Source: Planctomycetales bacterium
GTDB taxonomy: Bacteria > Planctomycetota > Phycisphaerae > SM23-33
DNA length: 64,000 bases
Reading direction: 5' to 3'
NCBI GenBank assembly: GCA_030612725.1
Contig: JAUWNJ010000002.1
Location: forward strand, 64,542 to 128,541
Part shown: piece by piece, positions 9,859-19,184 of the stretch
How positions within the stretch are numbered: the first letter of the stretch is position 1
Layout of the letters: each line of letters begins with the position of its first letter
Made by a program: the position numbers and the translations under genes
The notes under the pieces: model-generated
The model's input: the letters and a program-made list of their open reading frames with translations, nothing else
The model's database searches: none
Told to the model about the DNA's origin: nothing

Positions 9859-11784
9859 ATGTATATGCGGCGCGGACTGTTGTGTGCATTTTCGGTTGCG
9901 GTTTTCATCGGCCCGACGGGGGGCCAGACGTCCGCCGTGCCAGGGACGACCAGACCCGCCAAACCGGTCGATAAGAAATTCGACGACTCCTGGCTTGGCG
10001 AAATCGCATTGGAACAGTTGAAACAGGTCGTCGAGGCCCAGCCTGAATCTCTGGGAACCGGCGAAAAGTACCTCGAATTGTCCAAGTCTATGGAAAAGGC
10101 GATGCTCGCCCGCCTGACATGCGGACACGCCGACAAACTCAAAGCCCTCAACGACATGGTCTTCGTGATGCGGGCGTGCAGGCACCTGCCGCTGACTTAC
10201 GAAATCACCGGCGACGGTAAATTCGCAAAGTGGCTGATAGAGCATCGAGCGGTTTCGCGCCGGCTGTTCCGGGCAGTCGAGGAAATCAGACTCCCCGAAG
10301 ATGCGCTGAAAAAACTCCATGAACTGGTCAAAGCCGAGGAAAAGAAGGTCATCGAATATCCGGACCTTGCCGTCGCTTTCGCCACCTCGATTCCGATGAA
10401 GCACTATCGCGATCAGCCCGAAGCGTCCTCGATGCTGGATTCCTTCCGATGGTACACAGACCCCAAAGCCAAATTCTTCCGTTACGACCTGAAGAAAATG
10501 CCGTACGAGGTTTCGCGTTATCTCGCCACCAGCCGACTCAGTACCAAGGAGCGTAAATGGGCGGTTGCGAAGTACCGCAAATCGAGAAAGCCCGCCAAGA
10601 GTTACTTTGATTTGAAATATGATTATGACCATTACCGCAAGGGCGTCCCGAAGAAAATCGCCAAAGTCGCATACACCTTGCCCAATCTCCGTAAAGTCGG
10701 CGGGGGCTGTATTGAACAGGCCTACTATGCCGGTGAGGTTTGCAGGGCGTTGGGCATCCCGGCGACAATTGTGCTTGGACGGGGCGGAAGCGGCGAGACG
10801 CACGCATGGGTCGCCTGTCTGAAACTTACTCGCGGAGGTTCCGAGGCTGCATGGGACAGCCGGACGGGTCGGCATGAATCGCAACTTTATTACATCGGTA
10901 TTTTACGGGAACCTGCCGGCGGAAAGGAAATCCTCGATTGCGAACTTGCCCTTCTTTGTGCGGCTACGCATCTTCCGTTGCGACGACGCGAACAGGCCGA
11001 TACCGCGACTGAACTGGCGAAAATCGTCGAAAAAGCCATGGGTAAAATCGCTCAAGGCGACTTGTCCGTGTTAAAAAATCTCGCCCAACAGTACAATCAG
11101 GAACTCGCCAAAAATAATCGCCAGGCCCGAACCGGCTGGATAAAGGCCCAAAGAAAAATCGACATGTCGCTGGTCGAATACCTTATCGACACAGCCATTG
11201 CTCGCAACCTGGCCCATGGTCCGGTTTGGGAACTCATCATCGAACTGGCCAAAGCGGATCGCCTTCCGATTGATCATCTCTATCGTTTTTTTGATATTCT
11301 TGTCGTTCGCACCGCCAAGCAGTATCCGGATTACAGTTGTCGTCTGATTATGCGTATTGTCCCGACCATTAATGACCCTGAACGACGGAAGAAAGCGTAT
11401 AAAAACGCGGTTGGCATTTACTCGAAGCGTCCGGATTTGCAGGGATGGATTCTTATCGCGCTCGGCGAAGATTATCAGAAGCAGGGTAAGAATAGAAAGG
11501 CGGTTAAGGCTTATGAACAGGCGGCTTCGCGGTGCTCGAATCTCACCGAGATCGTTCTGGAGGCATCAGGACGGGCAGAGGCAATGTTCATCGAGAGAAA
11601 AAGAAGGAACCTGGCGATAAAGATGTATAGCCGGCTTTTCGCCAAGGCAAAAAAGGCGAAAAACGTACACTCAAGTTTCCGCCAACAGACAGCGCATTAC
11701 CTTCTCGGCAAGAGGCTGATTCAATTACTGATAGATGAAGAAAAAATGTCGGCGGCCAAACGTATCGAGGCGCAGATCAGGTGA
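9859..11784 (+). CDS. secreted transglutaminase-like cysteine protease domain protein with C-terminal TPR-like region
   Basis: Signal peptide, then GGGCIEQAYYAGEVCRALGIPATIVLGRGGSGETHAWVACL (Cys...His-A-W, the transglutaminase-like core). AGGGAGG RBS. Confidence 0.65.
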   Translation: MYMRRGLLCAFSVAVFIGPTGGQTSAVPGTTRPAKPVDKKFDDSWLGEIALEQLKQVVEAQPESLGTGEKYLELSKSMEKAMLARLTCGHADKLKALNDMVFVMRACRHLPLTYEITGDGKFAKWLIEHRAVSRRLFRAVEEIRLPEDALKKLHELVKAEEKKVIEYPDLAVAFATSIPMKHYRDQPEASSMLDSFRWYTDPKAKFFRYDLKKMPYEVSRYLATSRLSTKERKWAVAKYRKSRKPAKSYFDLKYDYDHYRKGVPKKIAKVAYTLPNLRKVGGGCIEQAYYAGEVCRALGIPATIVLGRGGSGETHAWVACLKLTRGGSEAAWDSRTGRHESQLYYIGILREPAGGKEILDCELALLCAATHLPLRRREQADTATELAKIVEKAMGKIAQGDLSVLKNLAQQYNQELAKNNRQARTGWIKAQRKIDMSLVEYLIDTAIARNLAHGPVWELIIELAKADRLPIDHLYRFFDILVVRTAKQYPDYSCRLIMRIVPTINDPERRKKAYKNAVGIYSKRPDLQGWILIALGEDYQKQGKNRKAVKAYEQAASRCSNLTEIVLEASGRAEAMFIERKRRNLAIKMYSRLFAKAKKAKNVHSSFRQQTAHYLLGKRLIQLLIDEEKMSAAKRIEAQIR

Positions 11785-11791
11785 GACACGA

Positions 11792-12847
11792 TCACAGTTT
11801 TCCATTTTCCCAAATTGTTTCGTACATCGTTGTGATATTTTCGGTCGGCGAAACTGCCTGGAGGTTGTGGCAGGGGGCGCAGAACCATCGGGCCGACGCG
11901 AAGATGCGGATGTTGTCCAGCACTTCCCGGCGAACGTCGTCGGCCGAACCGAACGCGAGCGTCTGCTGGTTGTCCACCGCGCCGTGGAAGGCGATTTTGT
12001 CGCCGAAATCTCGCACCAGTTCTTCACGCTCCATGCCCGCGCAGCGCCACTGGATGGGGTTGAGCACTTCAATGCCGGTTACTTCAATCAAATCCGGGAT
12101 TACTTCCCGAACGGCTCCGTCCGTATGGTAGAAAACGTGGATGCCGTGACTTCTGGCAAGGTCGGCCATTTTCTTCTGGTTCGGGAGGATGAATTTGCGA
12201 ATCTGCTTCAGACCCATCAGCAGCCCGGTCTGACTACCCAAATCCTCTGCTACGTATGTCAGGTCAACCCGCCCGTCGGCAATGTCCCACATCCGCTCGT
12301 TGAGACCATAGTGGAAGTCGAACAGGTGCGTGAAGATCGCCTCTGCGATTTCCGGCTCGACGAGCAGGTCCATCATCGCCTGTTCCATACCTCGCATCTG
12401 GCAGTAGATGAGGTATGGTTCATAACAGCCACAGCGGATAGCCCTGTAGCCTGGAATGTCGGCGACCTGCGCTGTAAATTTTTCCCAGTCGTGGTCGTCG
12501 GGGTTCGGCCATTTGAATTCGTGGACCTGCTCGACCGTCGTTACGTCGGCCAGCGGGTGGTTGATTACCTCGTCGTACTCGCCCTCGCCGTAACTGACCG
12601 CCCTGAACCGCCGTCCCCACATATCGGCTTGGGGATCGTCGGGATAATGAGATACTGTCCGCTCCGCGTCGATTAGATGCACGCCGTCGATGTGCAGTTT
12701 GTTGTAAAGGGCCTCAATGTCGTTGCATTTGAGGTCTTTGAAAAGGCGCTCGGTTACTTCATCGGTAGCCCAGTAGTCTGTGGGTATTCGGTCCGGCTTC
12801 TCGCTGTTAAGCAATGCAAGCCATCGCTCTCGCGGTGTCATTGACAT
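11792..12847 (-). CDS. uroporphyrinogen decarboxylase (URO-D) family protein
   Basis: URO-D/MtaA-like sequence over the full length. Convergent with the upstream gene across a 7-nt gap. Confidence 0.75.
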   Translation of the reverse strand: MSMTPRERWLALLNSEKPDRIPTDYWATDEVTERLFKDLKCNDIEALYNKLHIDGVHLIDAERTVSHYPDDPQADMWGRRFRAVSYGEGEYDEVINHPLADVTTVEQVHEFKWPNPDDHDWEKFTAQVADIPGYRAIRCGCYEPYLIYCQMRGMEQAMMDLLVEPEIAEAIFTHLFDFHYGLNERMWDIADGRVDLTYVAEDLGSQTGLLMGLKQIRKFILPNQKKMADLARSHGIHVFYHTDGAVREVIPDLIEVTGIEVLNPIQWRCAGMEREELVRDFGDKIAFHGAVDNQQTLAFGSADDVRREVLDNIRIFASARWFCAPCHNLQAVSPTENITTMYETIWENGKL

Positions 12848-12875
12848 AAAGTTGGTCCTTTTTTAAAGTCAGATA

Positions 12876-13037
12876 TCAGCCTACAATCTGCTTCGATTTG
12901 AGCGTAACCACCTTTTGTCCGCTTTCGTCCTGTTTTTTTTTCATCGCAGCAAGTAATTTGTGGGCGTCATAACCATAATTTGCTGCGATTCGATCCTTCG
13001 TCTCGCGCAGTTCTTTAAGCACCGAGTCCTCGTACAT
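12876..13037 (-). CDS. hypothetical small protein (53 aa) trailing the PIN gene by 2 nt
   Basis: ORF MYEDSVLKELRETKDRIAANYGYDAHKLLAAMKKKQDESGQKVVTLKSKQIVG starts 2 nt after the PIN stop. No domain. Confidence 0.35.
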   Translation of the reverse strand: MYEDSVLKELRETKDRIAANYGYDAHKLLAAMKKKQDESGQKVVTLKSKQIVG

Positions 13038-13039
13038 GA

Positions 13040-13513
13040 CTATTCTCCCATTAATGTGTCAGGCGTACAAACAACAGGTGGCTTGTAACCCTTTGCCCAA
13101 ATCAACTTATCGACGGACTCCGTCATTTCCGAGTTGGCCAGATGCTTGCAATTCCACGTCAACAGCAAGTCTATGCCGTGAATAGTCGCCGTGGCAAGAT
13201 GCGTTGCATCGTCAACGGCCTTTTTCGGTAATGGTCCCTCAACGATTAAGGCCTTGGAAAGATCGGCAATCTCGTTTGTCAAGGCCAATAGTGGAAGGTT
13301 GCGGAGAATCGCCAATCGCTTTTGGGCGGCTTCCTGATCTCCACCGGCGGCTTCTTCCAAAGTAAGTTCAGAGGTGTACAGGTCGAACTCCACCCGCCGC
13401 CGATTCCACCATTCCAAAGTAATCTCCTGACGGGCTGCCTTTATCAAATCGCGACTTGGCCATGCCGTCAAGTAGCTCACGATTGAGGTCTCGATATATA
13501 CGCGCTGCTTCAA
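13040..13513 (-). CDS. PIN domain nuclease (VapC-like toxin family)
   Basis: N-terminal VYIETSIVSYL (acidic residue in the first strand) and C-terminal LLTWNCKHLAN, both typical PIN motifs. Confidence 0.7.
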   Translation of the reverse strand: MKQRVYIETSIVSYLTAWPSRDLIKAARQEITLEWWNRRRVEFDLYTSELTLEEAAGGDQEAAQKRLAILRNLPLLALTNEIADLSKALIVEGPLPKKAVDDATHLATATIHGIDLLLTWNCKHLANSEMTESVDKLIWAKGYKPPVVCTPDTLMGE

Positions 13514-13579
13514 TATGGAATCTCCTATTGTCGGCTACGCTGCATAACTGCGGCGACAAGTTCATATCAATCAGGACGT

Positions 13580-13813
13580 TCATGCGAGGTGGGCCAGTGG
13601 AATATCAACTTCTTCGGATCGCCATGCGGCGTAGGCTAACGCTTTCTGAAGGTCCGCCTCCTCCAAGTGCGGATATGCTTCAAGCACCTCATCCCTGGAG
13701 CGCCCTGCCGCCAGAAGACCTACGATTGTGCCTACCGTTACTCGCATCCCGCGGATACAGGGCTTACCACCCATGACCTGTGCGTCGAAGGTAATCCTTT
13801 TCAATTCATTCAT
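13580..13813 (-). CDS. DUF433 domain protein (antitoxin-like partner of PIN-like DUF5615 genes)
   Basis: IRGMRVTVGTIVGLLAAGRSRDEVLEAYPHLEEADLQKALAYA is the DUF433 signature. Confidence 0.75.
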   Translation of the reverse strand: MNELKRITFDAQVMGGKPCIRGMRVTVGTIVGLLAAGRSRDEVLEAYPHLEEADLQKALAYAAWRSEEVDIPLAHLA

Positions 13814-13878
13814 ATTGCTCTCCTTCGAGATATTATAGCATATTGCGAGAAGAAAAAGACTCCCGTCCCCTTTTTCTT

Positions 13879-15936
13879 TTATCTTTTCAATATCTGGAAC
13901 AGGTTAATATGTTCGTCGGTCCACAGGTCGATGCGGTCGAAATCGCTTCGCGGGGCAGTCGCGGATGCCTGGATTGCCTTTTGATTTATAAAACTCCCGT
14001 CTCGCGTCAGGATTATCCAATCAGACGCGAAAATACCCTCTGCCTCGTCTTCGTCGTTCTGAATCCAGGCGGTTTTCAGATTCAGGTGCCGAGCCATTTT
14101 CCATATTACCGATTGCAAGTCAAGATGTACGGTCGAGACGTGCATTGCGATAACGCCGTCGGATTTGAGATGCCGCAGGAATATCTCGAAAGCCTCTACC
14201 GTCAGAAGGTGGACCGGAACGGCGTCGCTGCTGAAGGCGTCGAGGATAAGCAGGTCGAAATTTTGCGCCGGTTCCGCCTCCATCGACAGCCGTGCATCGC
14301 CCATAATCACGTCCACGTCGGCTTGGCAATCGTTCAGGTACGAGAACCGCGTGCGTGCGATGCGTTCGACGTCGGGATTGATTTCATAGAACCGGATGCG
14401 GTCGCCTTTTTTTCCGTAAGCAGCGATTGTTCCGACGCCAAGCCCGACGACGCCGATATGCCTGTTTTCCTTTCGGCGGAAAAATCGTATCGCCAGTCCC
14501 GCACCACTGTTTTTACCGAAGTAGGCCACAGGCTGAGAGTGTTTTCCCGGATCGACAAACTGCAGCCCGTGAAATGTCGTTCCGTGCTGGAGGACGTAAC
14601 GGTGCATAGCCGGGTCGGCGCGGTCGTTCTCCCAGACGGTCAGTACGCCGAAAAAATTGCGGGTGTTCGAGACCGCGATCTTATTGGCGTCGCCGCGATG
14701 CCCTTCGGCGAAAACCGCTACGACGCCGACGGCGACAATCAGCCCTGTCCACACCCATCTGCGAGAGCCTCGGCGGAGCACGGATTTTTCATCTGCCAGC
14801 AGCACGAACAGGCAGCACGCCAGCAGTCCCAGGTGCAGTTCGAGGTAAGTGTTGAACACCAGCGGTGCGATAACCGCGACGAAAACTCCGCCGATCGCTC
14901 CACCGGTCGCAATCATAAGATAGTAACCCGTCAGGCGTTGCGGAGCGGGCCTGAGGCGGTACAATTCGCCGTGGCAGACCATGCAGCAGGCGAACAGAAC
15001 GGCAGAGTACATCACTATCTGCTGAATAACGGACAAATCCACGTTCCATGCCCGCACAAAAGCCACGGCAATGATGGACAAAATAAACACGCCGAGAAAA
15101 ACCGGGCGGACGTACCACCTTTCATGATGGAAGCAGATGATAAACGACAGCAGGTAAATGCACAGCGGCAGTATCCAGAGGAAAGGAATAACGGCTACGT
15201 CCTGGCAGATTTTATTGGTTACCGCCAATAATTCGACCGACGCGCCGGCAGGTAAGGCCAACCAGAGCAGGCGGGTTCCAAGTTTCGGAGATTGTTTCGA
15301 CAGATTCGCTTCGCTCATCTGTCGGTTTTTGAGGGGGTTGCTTTTCCAAAGTCGAACCGCGCAGACGCCGGCGAAGATAGCGAACGCGCCGAGGCTCCAG
15401 GACCATATATTCGCCTGCGTCGCACGCGAAAAGGCCGGTTCTATGAGAAATGGATAACTAATCAGCGCCAGAAGCGATCCGGCATTGGAGAGCGAGTAAA
15501 GACGGTACGGCGATGCGGTCGGATTCGTCCTGTGGAACCAGTTTTGCATCAAAGGCCCGGTGGCTGAAAGGACGAAGTAGGGCAGGCCTATGCAGGCTGA
15601 CAGGAGCAGCAGGATTCGAAGCGTCGGTAAATCCGCGCCTTGGGGCTTCCACCCAGCCGACGGTATAATCGGAAGCATAGCCAGTGCGGCGACGATAAAA
15701 ACAACGTGAACAACCGCCTGTGTGCGAGGCTTAAGATAACGGGCGATAAAATGAGCATAGGCGTACCCGCCCAGCAGGAAAACCTGGAAGAACAACATGC
15801 AGGTCGTCCAGACCTCCGGACTTCCGCCGAACCAGGGAAGGATGTACTTGCCGATTAATGGCTGGACCTGAAAGAGCAGGAACGCTCCGAGGAACACAGC
15901 CGGTGCGAAAATCAACAATGAATCTCGTTTGTTCAT
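13879..15936 (-). CDS. fused polytopic membrane domain / spermidine synthase-like (aminopropyltransferase fold) protein
   Basis: About 12 TM helices followed by a spermidine-synthase-like domain (VVGLGVGTIAAY...LLILDAFSSD). Confidence 0.8.
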   Translation of the reverse strand: MNKRDSLLIFAPAVFLGAFLLFQVQPLIGKYILPWFGGSPEVWTTCMLFFQVFLLGGYAYAHFIARYLKPRTQAVVHVVFIVAALAMLPIIPSAGWKPQGADLPTLRILLLLSACIGLPYFVLSATGPLMQNWFHRTNPTASPYRLYSLSNAGSLLALISYPFLIEPAFSRATQANIWSWSLGAFAIFAGVCAVRLWKSNPLKNRQMSEANLSKQSPKLGTRLLWLALPAGASVELLAVTNKICQDVAVIPFLWILPLCIYLLSFIICFHHERWYVRPVFLGVFILSIIAVAFVRAWNVDLSVIQQIVMYSAVLFACCMVCHGELYRLRPAPQRLTGYYLMIATGGAIGGVFVAVIAPLVFNTYLELHLGLLACCLFVLLADEKSVLRRGSRRWVWTGLIVAVGVVAVFAEGHRGDANKIAVSNTRNFFGVLTVWENDRADPAMHRYVLQHGTTFHGLQFVDPGKHSQPVAYFGKNSGAGLAIRFFRRKENRHIGVVGLGVGTIAAYGKKGDRIRFYEINPDVERIARTRFSYLNDCQADVDVIMGDARLSMEAEPAQNFDLLILDAFSSDAVPVHLLTVEAFEIFLRHLKSDGVIAMHVSTVHLDLQSVIWKMARHLNLKTAWIQNDEDEAEGIFASDWIILTRDGSFINQKAIQASATAPRSDFDRIDLWTDEHINLFQILKR

Positions 15937-15990
15937 AGTCGGGCAATAATATCAGGTGAACGGCGAAAAAGGAAGTTCCGTATTTCCGCG

Positions 15991-17406
15991 TTAGGGGAGT
16001 TGTTCGACCAGCATTTTGAGCAGGGTTTTTGTGGGCATGGTTTTTGGTCCCGCCGGCGTCATCCATCGGCAGGAGTGGTGGTTTTCGGCGAGCATTTTTT
16101 CAACCCGTTGCACGGCAAGGACTACTGAAGAATGGTTCTTACCCGTGAATTGCCCTATTTCAGGAAAACTCATTCTCGTGTGTCGTCGGGTCAGGTACAT
16201 CGTGATGGCGCGGGCGAGGCTGACGGTGTGCGTTCGTCGCGATGAGTGGATGTCCGCCGGTGTGATTCCGAAGAATGCCGACGTAACCGTTTCGATCTCG
16301 CCGAGCGTTACGGCGCTGTCGGTTCTAACGAGGTGGTCGGCAAGTACGTCGCGGGTCAGGTCGAGCGTTACGGGTTCGCCTGCGAGTTTCGCCAGGGCAG
16401 AGAGTTTCACCAGCGCGCCTTCCAGTTCGCGGACCGAGCCGTGAATGTGCATGGCAATGTATTCCACCACGTCGCGCGGCGCGGGAAGTTTCATCTTCAA
16501 AGCGAGCCTGCGGAGAATTTTGATTCTCGTTGTCCGGTCGGGCGGGTCGATCCTGACGACCATTCCCGAAAGGAATCGGCTGACGAGTTGTTCTGTGAGT
16601 TTCCCAAGCAGACGCGGATGAGCGTCCGAAGCCATCACAATCTGCTTATCTGCGCCGTGGATGGTGTTGAAGGTGTGAAGAAACTCCTCCTGCGTAGCCT
16701 TCTTGGCGGCGAGAAAGTGAACGTCGTCGATGACCAGCAGGTCAAGCCGACGGTAGGTTTTCCGAAAGGCATCCGTTTTTTTATACCTTATGCCCTGGAC
16801 GAAATCGTTCGTGAACCGCTCTGCGGTGATGTATTTCCATGTGAGTTTTCTACCGTTGTTGTTTTGGGCGACGGCGTTGCAGATTCCCTGAAGAAGGTGA
16901 GTTTTTCCCACGCCGCAGGTTCCGTGGATGAACAGCGGGTTGAATGTTACCTTGCTGTTCTGAGCGACGGAAAGCGCCGCCGAGTATGCCAGTTTATTCG
17001 ATGTCCCGGTTACGAAATCCTCTAATTTATATCGCAGTTTGGACGCCGGCGCTAATTTTCGTCGGGCAGTTCCAGCCGTTCCACGATTCACAAGGTTTGC
17101 CTGAACGTCCAGTTGGCGTCCGCGAAGACGTCCGCTCAACGTCGGGTCCACGGAGACTGTTACGCGCCTTTGCCGACCGGTAACTTCCCTGCTTGCAGCC
17201 GCTAAGTCTTCCGCGAAGTGGCTTTCGATCCACCCGGCGATAAACGGATTGGCCGCATCGACCTTGACGTCCTCGTTTTCGACGGAGACCTGCGCAGCGT
17301 TCTTGAACCAGGCGTTAAATTTCTGTGTACCGATTCGCCTATGAACAACCTCAAGGACTGCGTCTGTCGGGTCCGTTCGGGCACATGCACCTATTTCGGC
17401 GGACAT
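15991..17406 (-). CDS. dnaA: chromosomal replication initiator protein DnaA
   Basis: AAA+ Walker A GTCGVGKTHLL, the sensor motif, and a C-terminal DNA-binding domain (...ITMYLTRRHTRMSFPEIGQFTGKNHSSVV). Confidence 0.95.
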   Translation of the reverse strand: MSAEIGACARTDPTDAVLEVVHRRIGTQKFNAWFKNAAQVSVENEDVKVDAANPFIAGWIESHFAEDLAAASREVTGRQRRVTVSVDPTLSGRLRGRQLDVQANLVNRGTAGTARRKLAPASKLRYKLEDFVTGTSNKLAYSAALSVAQNSKVTFNPLFIHGTCGVGKTHLLQGICNAVAQNNNGRKLTWKYITAERFTNDFVQGIRYKKTDAFRKTYRRLDLLVIDDVHFLAAKKATQEEFLHTFNTIHGADKQIVMASDAHPRLLGKLTEQLVSRFLSGMVVRIDPPDRTTRIKILRRLALKMKLPAPRDVVEYIAMHIHGSVRELEGALVKLSALAKLAGEPVTLDLTRDVLADHLVRTDSAVTLGEIETVTSAFFGITPADIHSSRRTHTVSLARAITMYLTRRHTRMSFPEIGQFTGKNHSSVVLAVQRVEKMLAENHHSCRWMTPAGPKTMPTKTLLKMLVEQLP

Positions 17407-17908
17407 TTTCTATTCCTTTTTCGACCGGGCAGTAATACCGCCGGAAACACACCAGTTCTTGCGGTATCGATAAAATCTGATCTGAAATCCTGTTTTATGA
17501 AACTCAACCAACGCATACGAATTTATCATCGACTCGACTACTGTCAAAGTGGTAATTGTCGCTTTTCTTATCCACATCAAGTCAAGCCTCGCTTGCAGAG
17601 AAACTTCCGAAGCAAAGTTTTTTTTCATTCACCGGTTATGCACAAAATTTCCACGAAGCGCGACCGTGAAAAGAAAAATTAGCAGGGATGCAGGGGATAA
17701 AGAGGATAAAACATCTTTTCAAAATTCAAACAGGTGCTTTTCTTCTTATTGAAATTCGCTTTTTATCCCGTGCATCCCCTGCATCCCTGCTAATTCTTTT
17801 CCCTGTATTCCTGCTGGTTCTTGAAAATTTGTTGTTTGACAATCGCCGTTCGAAAATCGACAATTGGCAATCGACAATCGGCAATTGGCAATTGAAGGAG
17901 TTTTTACA
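17407..17908. promoter_or_regulatory. putative oriC and dnaA promoter region
   Basis: Perfect DnaA box TTATCCACA at 17568-17576 and TTATGCACA at 17636-17644, plus 7/9 variants (TTATCCTCT rc near 17702, TTATCCCGT near 17766). A perfect 22-bp inverted repeat (17677-17698 / 17774-17795) flanks the AT-rich tract. Confidence 0.6.
17838..17895. repeat. tandem CAATYGRCAAT array in the 5' leader of the 17909 gene (family also at 19125-19160 and 46461-46504)
   Basis: gacaatcgccgttcgaaaatcgacaattggcaatcgacaatcggcaattggcaattg. Confidence 0.7.
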
Positions 17909-18571
17909 GTGAGATACTTCGTAGCGATTCCGGCATTGTGTCTGGTTTTTGCGTTGTTGACGGCCTCGGCTGAGCCGGTTCCCAAACCCGGCGTGGTGGC
18001 GAGAAGCTGGGAATTGGAATTCGAGTACACAACGCCCCAGCCATTTGAGATCCAGTTGCCCGGATGGAAGGAAAAGCGAACCTTCTGGTACATGCTTTAC
18101 ACTATAAGCAATCGAAGCGGCACTGATCGCATCTTCGTACCGGAGTTCTGCCTCTACACCGACACCGGTGATGTCCGCCGGGGCGGTGATCGGGTCTCCG
18201 CCGGGGTATTCCGAGCCATTAAAAAACGCCACAATAATCCGCTATTGACGGATATGGCCTTTATTACCGGGAAGGTACTCCAGGGTGCCGATAACGCCAG
18301 GGACGGCGTGGCGATATGGACGGATTTTGACCACAAAGCACGTGGTTTCAACGTATTTGTGGGAGGGCTTAGCGGCGAGCGGAAAAAGGTAAAACTGCCT
18401 AAACCCATCACCGTTACTGTTGCCGACGAGAACGGAAAAGAGAAAAAGGCAACCAAGACCGAAGTCGTTCTCTCTAAAACGCTGAGCCTGCGGTACTTCC
18501 TTCCCGGCGACGCATCCGCCAGATCGGCTGACACGCCCCAACTCCGGAAAAAGCAGTGGGTGATGCGGTAA
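17909..18571 (+). CDS. hypothetical secreted protein
   Basis: GTG start 7 nt after an AAGGAG RBS. Signal peptide VRYFVAIPALCLVFALLTASA. No known domain. Confidence 0.55.
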   Translation: MRYFVAIPALCLVFALLTASAEPVPKPGVVARSWELEFEYTTPQPFEIQLPGWKEKRTFWYMLYTISNRSGTDRIFVPEFCLYTDTGDVRRGGDRVSAGVFRAIKKRHNNPLLTDMAFITGKVLQGADNARDGVAIWTDFDHKARGFNVFVGGLSGERKKVKLPKPITVTVADENGKEKKATKTEVVLSKTLSLRYFLPGDASARSADTPQLRKKQWVMR

Positions 18572-18573
18572 TT

Positions 18574-18648
18574 ATTGCGGATTGTGGATTGTGGATTGCG
18601 GATTGCACACACTCGCTGATTTGTTGGAATCCGCAATCCACAATCCGA
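18574..18648. repeat. inverted repeat built of GGATTGTGGATT units (terminator-like hairpin)
   Basis: Left arm tgcggattgtggattgtggattgcggattgc, right arm gaatccgcaatccacaatccg, about 20-nt loop. Starts 3 nt after the stop of the 17909 gene. Confidence 0.75.
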
Positions 18649-18813
18649 AATTGGTAAAAAATCGGCTCAAACCTTACACAACATTCGTGCCGAAATGCAG
18701 TGCTGGAAAAATTAGTCAGACACGATTGACTCCGTATCGTTATGATTGTAGAATACGTGCGGTTAGATGAGGGATTTGTCAGCGATTTGGTTAGATGATT
18801 ATTGAGGTAGGAA

Positions 18814-19047
18814 ATGGCACATAAAAAGGGACAAGGTTCTTCTCGTAACGGTAGAGACTCAAACGCCCAGAATCGTGGCGTCAAGCGGTTCGGTGGTCAG
18901 ACGGTATTGGCCGGTACGATTATCGTTCGTCAATGCGGTACTCCCAAGAAACCCGGGGTCAACGTCGGAATTGGACGCGATAACACGCTCTTCGCCAAAA
19001 GCGACGGATGCGTACGCTTTCGCGGGCGCTTCGTGGACATCATCTAA
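18814..19047 (+). CDS. rpmA: 50S ribosomal protein L27
   Basis: [28 protein letters not shown] is the canonical bL27 N-terminus. Confidence 0.9.
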   Translation: MAHKKGQGSSRNGRDSNAQNRGVKRFGGQTVLAGTIIVRQCGTPKKPGVNVGIGRDNTLFAKSDGCVRFRGRFVDII

Positions 19048-19184
19048 TTTCCAGTTTCCGATTTTCAATTGCGGTTGGATTCTGTGCTATCTTGACCGAC
19101 ATCAACACCCAGCGGAGAATTCCTGCGGATTGACAATCGACAATTGACAATCGGCAATCCCATAGGGATGCCTACGGCATTGAA

